Source of the DNA: a bacterium
GTDB taxonomy: Bacteria; UBA8248; JACPRG01; G963555815
NCBI GenBank assembly: GCA_965218795.1
Contig: OZ244653.1
Span: 320,001 to 384,000 of the forward strand
Length of the DNA stretch: 64,000 nt
Direction: 5' to 3'
The notes beneath the pieces are model-generated. The model ran no database searches and was not told where the DNA came from. It was given only the letters and a program-made list of their open reading frames with translations. Below, one piece after another: positions 20,215 through 29,232 of the stretch. The stretch's first letter is position 1. Every line of letters starts with the position of its first letter. A program made the position numbers and the translations under genes.

Positions 20215-20901
20215 ATGGGAAAGGCAACGATCATTTCCAACGTGATGGATGCGGTGAAGGACATTCGGGACGGTTCTGCCGTCATGCTGGGCGGTTTCGG
20301 GGGGGCGGGCGCGCCGGACCGTCTGATCGACGCTTTGTGCGAGACGAGCGTCAGGGACCTTGTCGTCATCTCAAACCATTGCGGCAAGGGCGACCGGGGT
20401 CTCGCGCGCCTTCTCGCTGAAGGGCACGTGAGGAAGATGGTTTCGACTTACGCTTTTCACCGCGATGCCTACGTATTCCGGGATCTCTATGAGAGGGGTG
20501 AGGTGACGCTTGAGATGATGCCACAGGGGACGCTGGCCGAGCGAATCCGGGCCGCCGGAGCGGGCATCCCCGCGTTCTATACTCCGACGGGCGCAGGGAC
20601 CGTCCTGACCGAGGATCGAGAGGTCAGAAAATTCGACGACCGGGAATGCCTCCTGGAGACGGCCCTTCACGCCGATTTCGCCCTCATCCATGCCCGGAAG
20701 GCCGACCGGCTCGGAAATCTCGTCTACAGGAAGACCGCCAGGAACTTCAACCCCATCATGGCGGCCGTCGCCGGCGTTACGATTGCGGAGGCCGAGGAGC
20801 TCGTTGAGGTTGGGGAGTTGGACCCCGAAGCCGTTATTACGCCGTTTCTGTATGTCGACCGTCTGGTCGACGTGGGAAGGAGCGATGAAAGGCTTAACTG
20901 A
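20215..20901 (+). CDS. 3-oxoacid CoA-transferase subunit A (PcaI/AtoD-like)
   Basis: [35 protein letters not shown]. Confidence 0.93.
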   Translation: MGKATIISNVMDAVKDIRDGSAVMLGGFGGAGAPDRLIDALCETSVRDLVVISNHCGKGDRGLARLLAEGHVRKMVSTYAFHRDAYVFRDLYERGEVTLEMMPQGTLAERIRAAGAGIPAFYTPTGAGTVLTEDREVRKFDDRECLLETALHADFALIHARKADRLGNLVYRKTARNFNPIMAAVAGVTIAEAEELVEVGELDPEAVITPFLYVDRLVDVGRSDERLN

Positions 20902-21544
20902 AGAACAGATGGCCCGGCGGATGGCCCGCGCCATCCCGGATGGCGCGATTGTCAACCTGGGAATCGGGATGGCGACCTTGGTGGGCGATTTCCTGTCCTC
21001 CGAGCGGGACGTGTACGTGCAGGTCGAGAACGGCGCTCTGGGTATCGGCCTACGGGCGGAGCCGGGGGAGGTCGCCCTCGATTTGCTCAATCCTTCGAGG
21101 GAACACGTGACCCTTCTGTCCGGGGGCTCTTTCTTTCATCATGCCGACGCTTTCGCAATGATTCGGGGCGGTCATATCGACGTGAGTGTGATGGGGGCTC
21201 TCCAGGTGAGCGAAAAGGGCGACTTGGCGAACTGGGCCGTTCCCGGAAAGGCGACTGGAGGCATCGGCGGAGCCATGGACCTCGCGGCCGGGGCGAAGCG
21301 GGTTTACATTCTCATGACCCACACCAAAAAGGACGGTGGGCCGAAAATCCTGACGGAGTGCACCTACCCGCTGACGGCTCCGGGCGTTGTGGACCTGATC
21401 ATAACGGACTTGGCCGTCATCGAAGTGGCTCCGGAGGGCCTCGTCCTTCTGGAGCGGACGCCGGGAACCTCCGTGGAGGAGATACAAGCGAGAACGGGGG
21501 CTTCTCTCATCATCGGGGAGGAAGTGGGAACAATCGAAGCATAG
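20885..21544 (+). CDS. 3-oxoacid CoA-transferase subunit B (PcaJ/AtoA-like)
   Basis: VNLGIGM, VENG, IRGGHID, GGAMDLA. Confidence 0.93.
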   Translation: MKGLTEEQMARRMARAIPDGAIVNLGIGMATLVGDFLSSERDVYVQVENGALGIGLRAEPGEVALDLLNPSREHVTLLSGGSFFHHADAFAMIRGGHIDVSVMGALQVSEKGDLANWAVPGKATGGIGGAMDLAAGAKRVYILMTHTKKDGGPKILTECTYPLTAPGVVDLIITDLAVIEVAPEGLVLLERTPGTSVEEIQARTGASLIIGEEVGTIEA

Positions 21545-21598
21545 TCTGTATAGATAGGGTATTCACCTGACAGTTGCCGTTCCTGGTCGGGATCAGTG

Positions 21599-21784
21599 CA
21601 GGCGGGGGAGTCCGGAATCACTCCTCCGGTGCCGGACGGTTCGGCTCGTGGGCCTTCTCGAGGAATGCGGCCCAGGTCACACCCTGATCCATCCGGTACG
21701 TAGTCCGGCAGTACAGGGGTCCGTAAAATCGCCCGATGGGCGAGAAATCCGCCGAGACGCGATCGCCGTCCATCAGCTCATCGG
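21599..21784. repeat. Direct repeat copy 1 (186 bp): duplicated 3' end of the flavin reductase gene
   Basis: Aligns without gaps to 23063-23248 (offset 1464); 5 mismatches by eye. Confidence 0.95.
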
Positions 21785-21812
21785 TAATGCACTGCGCTAG
21801 TGTGAACAGGCC

Positions 21813-22928
21813 CTAGTCCGATACTTTTTTCTGGGCCGCCGCGAATCGCTCTCGATCTCGTTGCGCCAGGCAGACCTTGCAGGTAGGGTTCAGATTGCCA
21901 CTCAGAATTTCCTGCCGGATCTGCTGCATCCCGTCGCCGTTCCAGACATCGGTCAGAGTCGTGTCCTTAATATTACCGACCACCAGACTCTTACCAAAAA
22001 ACGTGCAGCAAGGGGTTATATCGCCGTTTGCCCAAACATGCAGGCTGTTGAAGGGATAGGCGCAGTAGGTTTCATCGATATCCTCGTTGCGGATATTCTC
22101 GATCTCCTTGATAGTCCCGGTGGCCCGCAACTCGTCCACGTAGCTGAAATCGATCATCTCTTGAAGGTCCACGTAGTCGACAAGATCGCGCCATGTTTCG
22201 ACAAATTCGTCGGCTTCATCGATATTGAGTTCCTGTACGCAAAAACAGAGTCTTATGATCGGCAAATCGGAATTCTTGCGGCGTTTCGCCTCGATCAGGC
22301 GACGCACGTTTGAAGTTACGCGCTCGAACTCGTCCTTACCCCTGATTTTTTGATAGGTTTCACGTGTCGTTGCGTCGATCGATATTTCGACACGGGCAAT
22401 CTTGTTGTCGACGACGAAATCGCAGATTTCATCGTTTAGAAGCACGCCGTTTGTGCCCAGGAATACGTCCATCACTCCGGCGCTGCGAATTCGACTCAGC
22501 ACGTCCTGAATCTGTTTGTAAAGCAACACTTCGGAACCCAATCCAACGACCATAGCCGGAAGATTATGCGCTTTGCATTCCTCAAGCACCCGGTCGATGT
22601 CAGCGACACCGAGCATGAATTTCTTTTCTTTGTGATTGATCGTGTAACACATGATGCAGTCGAGATTGCACCGATTGACAAGTTCCAGTGATACGGTCAA
22701 CGGGAACTCAGGCCACTCGCCGCTCTTGTCGTAGTTGAGGCTCGCACGATAGGACTGACGATAGGCCTCGAATGCTGATCCGAAATTACGAATGAGTAGC
22801 TCTTCTACATCGGTAAATTTCTTAGAGGAAATATGGTTCACGTCCATCCGCTGTTGTTTGTCTGTCTGCGTCGCACTGGATTTCGGTAGTGCTTCGGCCG
22901 TATCATGCGCCGTGTCGTAACTCGGCAT
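21813..22928 (-). CDS. Radical SAM/SPASM(twitch) domain protein
   Basis: CNLDCIMC motif; C-terminal CAYPF...GDITPCC...CKVC; start uncertain (22952, 22928 or 22847). Confidence 0.9.
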   Translation of the reverse strand: MPSYDTAHDTAEALPKSSATQTDKQQRMDVNHISSKKFTDVEELLIRNFGSAFEAYRQSYRASLNYDKSGEWPEFPLTVSLELVNRCNLDCIMCYTINHKEKKFMLGVADIDRVLEECKAHNLPAMVVGLGSEVLLYKQIQDVLSRIRSAGVMDVFLGTNGVLLNDEICDFVVDNKIARVEISIDATTRETYQKIRGKDEFERVTSNVRRLIEAKRRKNSDLPIIRLCFCVQELNIDEADEFVETWRDLVDYVDLQEMIDFSYVDELRATGTIKEIENIRNEDIDETYCAYPFNSLHVWANGDITPCCTFFGKSLVVGNIKDTTLTDVWNGDGMQQIRQEILSGNLNPTCKVCLAQRDRERFAAAQKKVSD

Positions 22929-23018
22929 GTTTCTCAGTGAGCCTCCAGGCATTCGGGGAGTTTGAACTGCCCTCAGTGTAGAGAGCCGTCAAAAATTCAC
23001 CGATACATTCATATCTCA

Positions 23019-23047
23019 AACGTAGCCATCCATTGCACGATTGTCAA
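23019..23047 (-). promoter_or_regulatory. Sigma70-like promoter for the radical SAM gene
   Basis: Minus strand TTGACA-N17-TACGTT. Confidence 0.6.
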
Positions 23048-23062
23048 TAGGTCCGCCTCGAT

Positions 23063-23248
23063 CAGGCGGGGAAATCCGGAATCACTCCTCCGGTGCCGGA
23101 CGGTTCGGCTCGTGGACCTTCTCGAGGAATGCGGCCCAGGTCACACCCTGATCCATCCGGTCCGTGGTCCGGCAGTACAGGGGTCCGTAAAATCGCCCGA
23201 TGGGCGAGAAATCCGCCGAGACGCGATCGCCGTCCATCAGCTCATCGG
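23063..23248. repeat. Direct repeat copy 2 (within the intact flavin reductase 3' end)
   Basis: Matches 21599-21784. Confidence 0.95.
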
Positions 23249-23732
23249 CGACGTGGAAGCGGACGACCTCCCCGAACAGCACCGCCCATCCCGGGTCTGT
23301 ATCTCCGAAGAAGACCGACTCTTTCAGCCTGCACTCCATTTGGACCGGTGACTCGGCGATGCGAGGAGGGGCCACCTCGAGGCTGGGGATTCGCGTTAGC
23401 CCCGCTTCCTCGATTTCCGAAACCGCAGGTCCGTAATCCTGCGCCGAGACCAGGACGGATTCAAGCAGTTCTTCGGTCACGACGTTGACGACAAATTCCC
23501 TTGTCTCCAGGATGTTCCGGCGGGTGTCTTTTTCCTTGCCTTCCCTGGGGCCGGTGGAGACGGAGATGATCGGAGGAGAGGAGCAGTGCGCCATGAAGAA
23601 GCTGAACGGGGCCAGGTTGGCTACACCCTCGGCGCTGAGGCTGGCGACCCATGCAATGGGCCGGGGGACCACGCAAGCCTGAAGCAACCGGTAGACCTGC
23701 CTCGCGTCCGCCTTTTTGGGGTCCAGGTCCAT
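23082..23732 (-). CDS. Flavin reductase-like FMN-binding protein (DIM6/NTAB family)
   Basis: VVPRPIAWV, NLAPFSFF, KDTRRNI, PPRIAESPVQMEC. Confidence 0.9.
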   Translation of the reverse strand: MDLDPKKADARQVYRLLQACVVPRPIAWVASLSAEGVANLAPFSFFMAHCSSPPIISVSTGPREGKEKDTRRNILETREFVVNVVTEELLESVLVSAQDYGPAVSEIEEAGLTRIPSLEVAPPRIAESPVQMECRLKESVFFGDTDPGWAVLFGEVVRFHVADELMDGDRVSADFSPIGRFYGPLYCRTTDRMDQGVTWAAFLEKVHEPNRPAPEE

Positions 23733-23831
23733 GGATTTGAAGAGCTTCGTTGGGATGGGGCCGAATCAACGTACGAAGCGGGCCTTGCGTTCGCCGGATT
23801 CCATCGAAGTTGTCCCCGGCGTCGCCGTCCA

Positions 23832-24329
23832 TCAGCTTTCGACTGGCCTGAGCTCGAGGGGCATCACACCGTCCAGGCGCGTTCTTCCGCACATGTGGGC
23901 CAGTTCGTACAGGTTTTCCGTGACCTGTCCAAAAACAGTCAGCCTGTGGGGACCCGAGGGCATGCGGAATCCGCACACCCCGTAGATCAGGGCGATTTCC
24001 TGTTCCTCCACGTCGTATGTAAGGTGACCCGGCGCGCCGTAGGTCATGATGTTTTCCAGGTGGTCTACCGGGAGACGGACCTTCTCGACGTACCGGATCA
24101 TGTCGCCCGACCAGGCCGCATGGATGGCGTGACCCTGCACGGGGAGGCTCCGCCAGAAGGCATCGCAGGTGGCCGGCGCCCCTTTCTCGATCAGCAGGCC
24201 CCTCGCTGTAATGCCGTTAAGGTCGATCTCGAAGCGCCGGGCGTCCGGTTCCGGGATGAGATGGCGCGCCCATTTTTGGTTCCAGGCCTCATCCCAGTCC
24301 CGCTGGAGTCTCTCCTTGTCCAGATTCAT
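23832..24329 (-). CDS. DUF3830-like (cyclophilin-like fold) protein
   Basis: APATCDAFWRSLP...HAAWSG...LEN...PG...EIALIYG pattern. Confidence 0.7.
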   Translation of the reverse strand: MNLDKERLQRDWDEAWNQKWARHLIPEPDARRFEIDLNGITARGLLIEKGAPATCDAFWRSLPVQGHAIHAAWSGDMIRYVEKVRLPVDHLENIMTYGAPGHLTYDVEEQEIALIYGVCGFRMPSGPHRLTVFGQVTENLYELAHMCGRTRLDGVMPLELRPVES

Positions 24330-24440
24330 GCGTGGGTCGCCCTCATTCCAGGAAGGGGTATCCGGTTCTCCGAGCAGGATGGCCCGGTCCGGCGAACGAT
24401 GTGTTTCGAAAATCCGTCCTTTGGAAGCAGCCCTCGTATT

Positions 24441-24827
24441 TTATCCGTTTCGGCCGTCCCTTGCGATGGGACGTTTTCGTATGGCTTGGCCCATGCCAAC
24501 GGGCGGAGAGAAAATCCCCAGAAAGCAGACGGTCGTTGCGCCCGGATTGGTGTGTTGGTGCACGGTTCCCGGAGGGATGAACAACAGACTGCCCGGCGTG
24601 AGCCGAAATTCCTCGCCCGCTGGCGTGACGATCATCTGCTCTCCTTCCAGTACGTAGATGATCTCCTCTTCGTGCCGGAAATGAACGTCGCTTTTTGCGC
24701 CGGGTGGGAGCTCGGCATGACAGACCATGACGTTGGAAGTCCCGGTGACTTCATCCGCCAGGACCTTGGTCAACCGGCCTCCGGGGGCTTCATAAGCCGG
24801 TTCATCACGTATGTTCACGAGCCGCAT
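24441..24827 (-). CDS. Cupin domain protein
   Basis: HFRHEEEIIYVLEG and FIPPGTVHQHTN cupin motifs. Confidence 0.88.
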   Translation of the reverse strand: MRLVNIRDEPAYEAPGGRLTKVLADEVTGTSNVMVCHAELPPGAKSDVHFRHEEEIIYVLEGEQMIVTPAGEEFRLTPGSLLFIPPGTVHQHTNPGATTVCFLGIFSPPVGMGQAIRKRPIARDGRNG

Positions 24828-24902
24828 GCGGGAACTTTCCCTTTTTGAATGGTCTGGAAGCGTTCTGCCTGGTGCGGGAAGGGAAATTCAAAATGTTGCG
24901 AT

Positions 24903-25049
24903 TCATAGGTTGCGAGAGGTGCCGTCACCGGGGTTGAATTTGTACCCAAGCGGTACGCAATGCGGACTGCCGTTATTGTTCGTCGTCGAAACACGCGCCA
25001 TCATCGGTTGAGCAGGAACTCGCCCAGGTCTGTCGGGCGTGAAGGCCAT
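24903..25049 (-). pseudogene. Remnant of a pyridoxamine 5'-phosphate oxidase-like (PPOX class) gene
   Basis: MARVSTTNNNGSPHCVPLGY resembles the PPOX N-terminal motif; DLGEFL lies in an adjacent frame; premature stop. Confidence 0.55.
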
Positions 25050-25177
25050 TTCAGGTTCTTCTCCCTCGGTGATCCATTGAATCATGACTCCATGATACGC
25101 GATGATGAACTTGAAGACAAAGGGCGCGAAAGCGCTCTTGATTTCCACGAGTCAGCGAGTTGCCGATGAATATGAAT

Positions 25178-25450
25178 TCAGGCCCACTCCGGGGGATCGG
25201 GGGGAAGTCCGAAGCGCACCTCCTGAAAATTTCCGATATAGGCGATGGCGGTGGGTATGAGAAAGAAAGGAGAGATCCACCAGGCGAAAGGCAGAGGAAT
25301 AAAGGCGGCGACCAGGAAGATCAATCCCTCCCCGAGGCTTTTGTGCCGAAGCTGGTGCAATCCGGGAATGAGATACAGATGCCACCTTCTTGATTGTTTT
25401 GCAGAGACGTCCTTCGGCCCGGCTTCCGGCTCCCGCTGATTCAGGCTCAA
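25178..25450 (-). CDS. Small hypothetical membrane protein
   Basis: TTGA overlap with the udg stop; IPGLHQ followed by a hydrophobic hairpin. Confidence 0.55.
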   Translation of the reverse strand: MSLNQREPEAGPKDVSAKQSRRWHLYLIPGLHQLRHKSLGEGLIFLVAAFIPLPFAWWISPFFLIPTAIAYIGNFQEVRFGLPPDPPEWA

Positions 25451-26268
25451 GACGGATTCTTGTCCGCCGAGGGGAGCGGCGGAAGCCCCAGGGCCTGATG
25501 GACCTTCTGAAGGTCTTCCCACACCGCCCGTTTCTGGGATGGATTGCGGAGCAGGTAGGCGGGATGGAAAGTGGGCATGACGGGAATCCCCTGGTACTCC
25601 CGGAAGTGGCCCCGCAGGCTGGAGATCCGATCATCCGTGGCCAGCAGGGTTTGGGCGGCGAACTTCCCCATGGCCAGGATCATCTTCGGTCGAAGTGACA
25701 GGAGCTGCCGGATGAGGAACGGCTCGCAGGATTCGACTTCATCCGGAAGGGGATTTCGATTTTCGGGCGGTCTGCACTTGATGACATTGCAGATGTACAC
25801 TTCCTCGCGCGACAGACCGATCGCCTCCAGCATCCGGGTCAGGAGTTGACCGGCGCGGCCCACGAAGGGCTCACCCTGATGATCCTCATCGCGGCCCGGG
25901 GCCTCTCCGACGATGACCAGATCGGCATCGGGATTCCCGACGCCGAATACGATGCTTTTTCGTTTCTCGCAAAGACGGCATCGGGTGCAGTCACCCAAGT
26001 CCGTGCGGATGTCCTCCATGGATTCATCGGACGCGGCTATGCCGACCCTGCCTTCCGGCTTGGGCTTCCCGGAGACGGATGGGATTTTCGCTGATCGGGG
26101 GCGTTCGCCTCGAGGCGACGGAGGGCGCCCGGACGGAATGGCTTGGTTCGTTTCGAGGAGAGCCGAATCGACATCGAACTCTCTGGTTCCGGAAGCGGCT
26201 TCGGCCTCCACGTACGATTGAAGATCCCGAACGGCCTCGGCCAGAAGCTCTCTCGGCGACTGGGTCAA
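25447..26268 (-). CDS. udg: Uracil-DNA glycosylase, family 4 (Fe-S)
   Basis: CTRCRLC, VGEAPG, PFVGRAG, KCRPPENR, TFHPAYLLR. Confidence 0.93.
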   Translation of the reverse strand: MTQSPRELLAEAVRDLQSYVEAEAASGTREFDVDSALLETNQAIPSGRPPSPRGERPRSAKIPSVSGKPKPEGRVGIAASDESMEDIRTDLGDCTRCRLCEKRKSIVFGVGNPDADLVIVGEAPGRDEDHQGEPFVGRAGQLLTRMLEAIGLSREEVYICNVIKCRPPENRNPLPDEVESCEPFLIRQLLSLRPKMILAMGKFAAQTLLATDDRISSLRGHFREYQGIPVMPTFHPAYLLRNPSQKRAVWEDLQKVHQALGLPPLPSADKNPS

Positions 26269-27551
26269 GATGCACCACCTCGGAGCCTTCGGACGTTGCC
26301 TTCTCCGGAAACCCCCAGCAGGTTCCGCACCTTGTCGAGGATGACTGCCGCCAAGGCGTTCTTGTCGAGACGATCGACCGTCGTCTGCAGGCCGTCGCGG
26401 TCCAGGAGGACGGCGGATGATGCATCCGAGCCCATCGCCCCATCGGCGCCTCCCACGGGATTGGCGACAACCAGGTCCAGATTTTTCCTTCGCAGCTTGT
26501 CCCTGGCGTTGTCGATCAAATCCTCGGTCTCGGCGGCGAAGCCGACGAGCAGCGGCCTTTTCGTACGCTTTCCGGCATCTTCCAGAATGTCCTGCGTTCG
26601 CTCGAGGGTCAGCGTGACCTCCCCGCTGGATTTCTTGAATTTACCGGCCTGCGTGTTTTTGGGCCGGTAGTCGGCCACCGCCGCTGCCATGATCAGGACG
26701 TCGGTCTGGTCCAGGGAGTTCATGACGGCCCGGCGCATGTCCTCGGCCGATTCCACCCGCACCATATCAACGCCGGCGGGCGGGGGCTGGGAGGTCGGTC
26801 CGCTGATCAGCGTGACCTGCGCCCCGCGGCGTCCCGCCTCGTGCGCGAGGGCGTACCCCATCTTTCCGCTGGATTCATTGGATAGATACCGGATGGCGTC
26901 CCAGCGTTCCCGGGTGGGGCCGGCCGTGATCACCATCCGCCTGTGCGTAAACTCCTCGGAGCGGGCGATGAGGCGGGCGGCGGCCTCGACGATGGTATCG
27001 GGTTCGGCCATCCGCCCCGGCCCTTCTTTTTCTTCGGGCGATGCCAGCGGACCGGTCTCCGGACCGGCGAACGCCACGCCGCGGGCGGCGAGCATGTTCA
27101 TGTTTTCCTGAACCGCGGGATTCCGGAACATCCATGAGTTCATCGCCGGTGCGGCCAGAACGGGGCACGGAGCGGCCAACAGAGCAGTGGACAGGAAATC
27201 ATCGGCGATTCCCCCCGCGTACTTTCCCAACAGGCTGGCTGTCGCGGGTGCGATGATGAACAGGTCGGCCGGCGGTTGTTCACGTCGACCCTGCGTCACC
27301 CACAGATGATCCAGTGGATCCTGATCGGGTTGGGAGAAGGGATCGCTCAAGACCGGATGGCTCGAGAGAGTCCGGAAAGTCAGGGGGCCGACGAACTCCG
27401 TGGCGCTCCGGGTCATGACGACCTGGACGTCCCCTCCCTCCTTGACGAGGCGACGAAGGATCTCCACGGCCTTATAGGCCGCGATTCCCCCGCTGACCCC
27501 CAGGACGATCCGTCTTCCCGAGAAACGTCGAGCCTCTTTACCCGATAGCAA
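26265..27551 (-). CDS. coaBC: Phosphopantothenoylcysteine decarboxylase/ligase
   Basis: GGIAAYKA, APAMN, TAGPTRE, SSGKMG, AAAVADY, GFAAET. Confidence 0.96.
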   Translation of the reverse strand: MLSGKEARRFSGRRIVLGVSGGIAAYKAVEILRRLVKEGGDVQVVMTRSATEFVGPLTFRTLSSHPVLSDPFSQPDQDPLDHLWVTQGRREQPPADLFIIAPATASLLGKYAGGIADDFLSTALLAAPCPVLAAPAMNSWMFRNPAVQENMNMLAARGVAFAGPETGPLASPEEKEGPGRMAEPDTIVEAAARLIARSEEFTHRRMVITAGPTRERWDAIRYLSNESSGKMGYALAHEAGRRGAQVTLISGPTSQPPPAGVDMVRVESAEDMRRAVMNSLDQTDVLIMAAAVADYRPKNTQAGKFKKSSGEVTLTLERTQDILEDAGKRTKRPLLVGFAAETEDLIDNARDKLRRKNLDLVVANPVGGADGAMGSDASSAVLLDRDGLQTTVDRLDKNALAAVILDKVRNLLGVSGEGNVRRLRGGAS

Positions 27552-27573
27552 GGGGTCGCTCCCTTTGGGAGGC

Positions 27574-28167
27574 TTAGGGCGAATTCCGCCGGACGCGGCG
27601 TCGTTCAGCGATAATGATGGACTTCAACTCCGCCACGGAATGTTCGAGATCGTGGTTGACGATGGTGTAATCGTACTCGTTGCGCCAGGCCAGCTCGCTC
27701 TTGGCGTGTTGGAGACGCCGCTCGATGACCTCTTCTGAGTCCGCTTTTCTCTCCCTCAGCCTGTTTTCCAGGAGTTCGAGAGAAGGGGGCTGAATGAAAA
27801 TCGTCACCGCCTCACGGAACTTGCGGCTGACGCTTCGGGCTCCCTGAATCTCAATGGCCATGATCGTATCGATTCCCTTCGCCCGGTTCTCTTGAATCGA
27901 GTCGGCTGGCGTCCCGTAAAGATTGCCGTAGACTTCGGCCCATTCGAGAAGACGGTCTTCCGCGATCCTTCGCTCGAATTCCGGTCGATCCAGGAAGACG
28001 TAATCGACCAGATCCCGCTCGCCGGGACGGGGGGGACGCGTCGTGCACGAGACGGACCGCTTGAGATTGGGGACGGATTCAACGGCGCCGATTACGATCG
28101 ACGTCTTCCCCCCCCCGGAAGGGGAAGACACCACAAAGATCAGGCCTTTCCCTTTTCCCTTCTCCAC
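27574..28167 (-). CDS. gmk: Guanylate kinase
   Basis: SPSGGGKT, TTRPPRPGE, EWAEVYGNLYGT. Confidence 0.96.
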   Translation of the reverse strand: MEKGKGKGLIFVVSSPSGGGKTSIVIGAVESVPNLKRSVSCTTRPPRPGERDLVDYVFLDRPEFERRIAEDRLLEWAEVYGNLYGTPADSIQENRAKGIDTIMAIEIQGARSVSRKFREAVTIFIQPPSLELLENRLRERKADSEEVIERRLQHAKSELAWRNEYDYTIVNHDLEHSVAELKSIIIAERRRVRRNSP

Positions 28168-28202
28168 GGATTCATCGGTCCTTCTTCACAGCGCGAACGT
28201 AT

Positions 28203-29084
28203 TTATTCAAGATTCTGGGCCTGTTCGCGGATTTTTTCCAGCACCCCTTTTAGGTCGATCACCAGTGCCGAAACGCGCGTATCCAGCGCCTTGGACCCCA
28301 CGGTATTCGCCTCTCGGTGCATTTCCTGCAAGAGGAAGTCCAGCTTGCGCCCGGCGGGACTGCCGACGACCAACTGATCCCGGAACTGTCCGATATGGCT
28401 TTCGAGCCGGGTGACCTCCTCCGACGTATCGCTGCGCTGAGTCAAGAAGACGATCTCCTGCTCCAGGCGGCCTGGATCGGGCTGAACGTCCCCGTCCAAT
28501 AAGCCATCTAAACGATTCCGTAACCGCTCCCGATATTCTTCGACCGTCGACGGGACGGTTTCCTTGAGTTGCGTCACCAGGCCGTCGACTTCATTGACCC
28601 GGTTGGAGATGTCTTCGGCGAGGGCCATTCCCTCCGTCCGCCGCATCTCTTCCAGACTGCCGAGGGCTTCGTCCAACGCATGCCGGATGGATTCGGAAGG
28701 AGCTTCTTCGGCCCCCCCGTTCTCATCGGTGAGAAAGATTTCCCGGATTCGGGCCAGGGATTCCACGGTTATTTCCCCGGACAGTCCGAACTCTTCTTTC
28801 AGGGACTTGAGTCCGGCCACATATTGATCGGCGACGGCGCGGTCCAGGCGGATTTCGCGGCCCGCTGCAGGGTTCCCTGAAATCGTGATCGATACGTCAA
28901 ACTTGCCCCGGTCAAACCGTGCCCGGACGGTTTCCCGGATCACCGGCTCAAGGGAGGCGAGGACGCGGGAGGCTTTCACGGTGACCTCAAAATAGCGGTG
29001 GTTCACGGACCGGACTTCAACGATGGCCGTTTGATTTTGATTCTCTGCCGTTCCCTTTCCCCAACCCGTCATGCTGCGCCACAT
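28203..29084 (-). CDS. yicC: YicC/YloC family endoribonuclease
   Basis: SMTG.G, RSVNHRY, GRKLDFLLQEMHREANTVGSK, REQAQNLE. Confidence 0.95.
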   Translation of the reverse strand: MWRSMTGWGKGTAENQNQTAIVEVRSVNHRYFEVTVKASRVLASLEPVIRETVRARFDRGKFDVSITISGNPAAGREIRLDRAVADQYVAGLKSLKEEFGLSGEITVESLARIREIFLTDENGGAEEAPSESIRHALDEALGSLEEMRRTEGMALAEDISNRVNEVDGLVTQLKETVPSTVEEYRERLRNRLDGLLDGDVQPDPGRLEQEIVFLTQRSDTSEEVTRLESHIGQFRDQLVVGSPAGRKLDFLLQEMHREANTVGSKALDTRVSALVIDLKGVLEKIREQAQNLE

Positions 29085-29232
29085 AAATACGCTCCGTCGG
29101 CCAAAATACCCCTGTAGGCCGGTTAGTGGTTTAAAAACAAATACATATCAGTGTTTTACCCCAATGTCAAATACAAATTTCCATTTGAACGTTTCATCAG
29201 ACCTGTTTATATTTAGTATGAAAGGAGAATCT

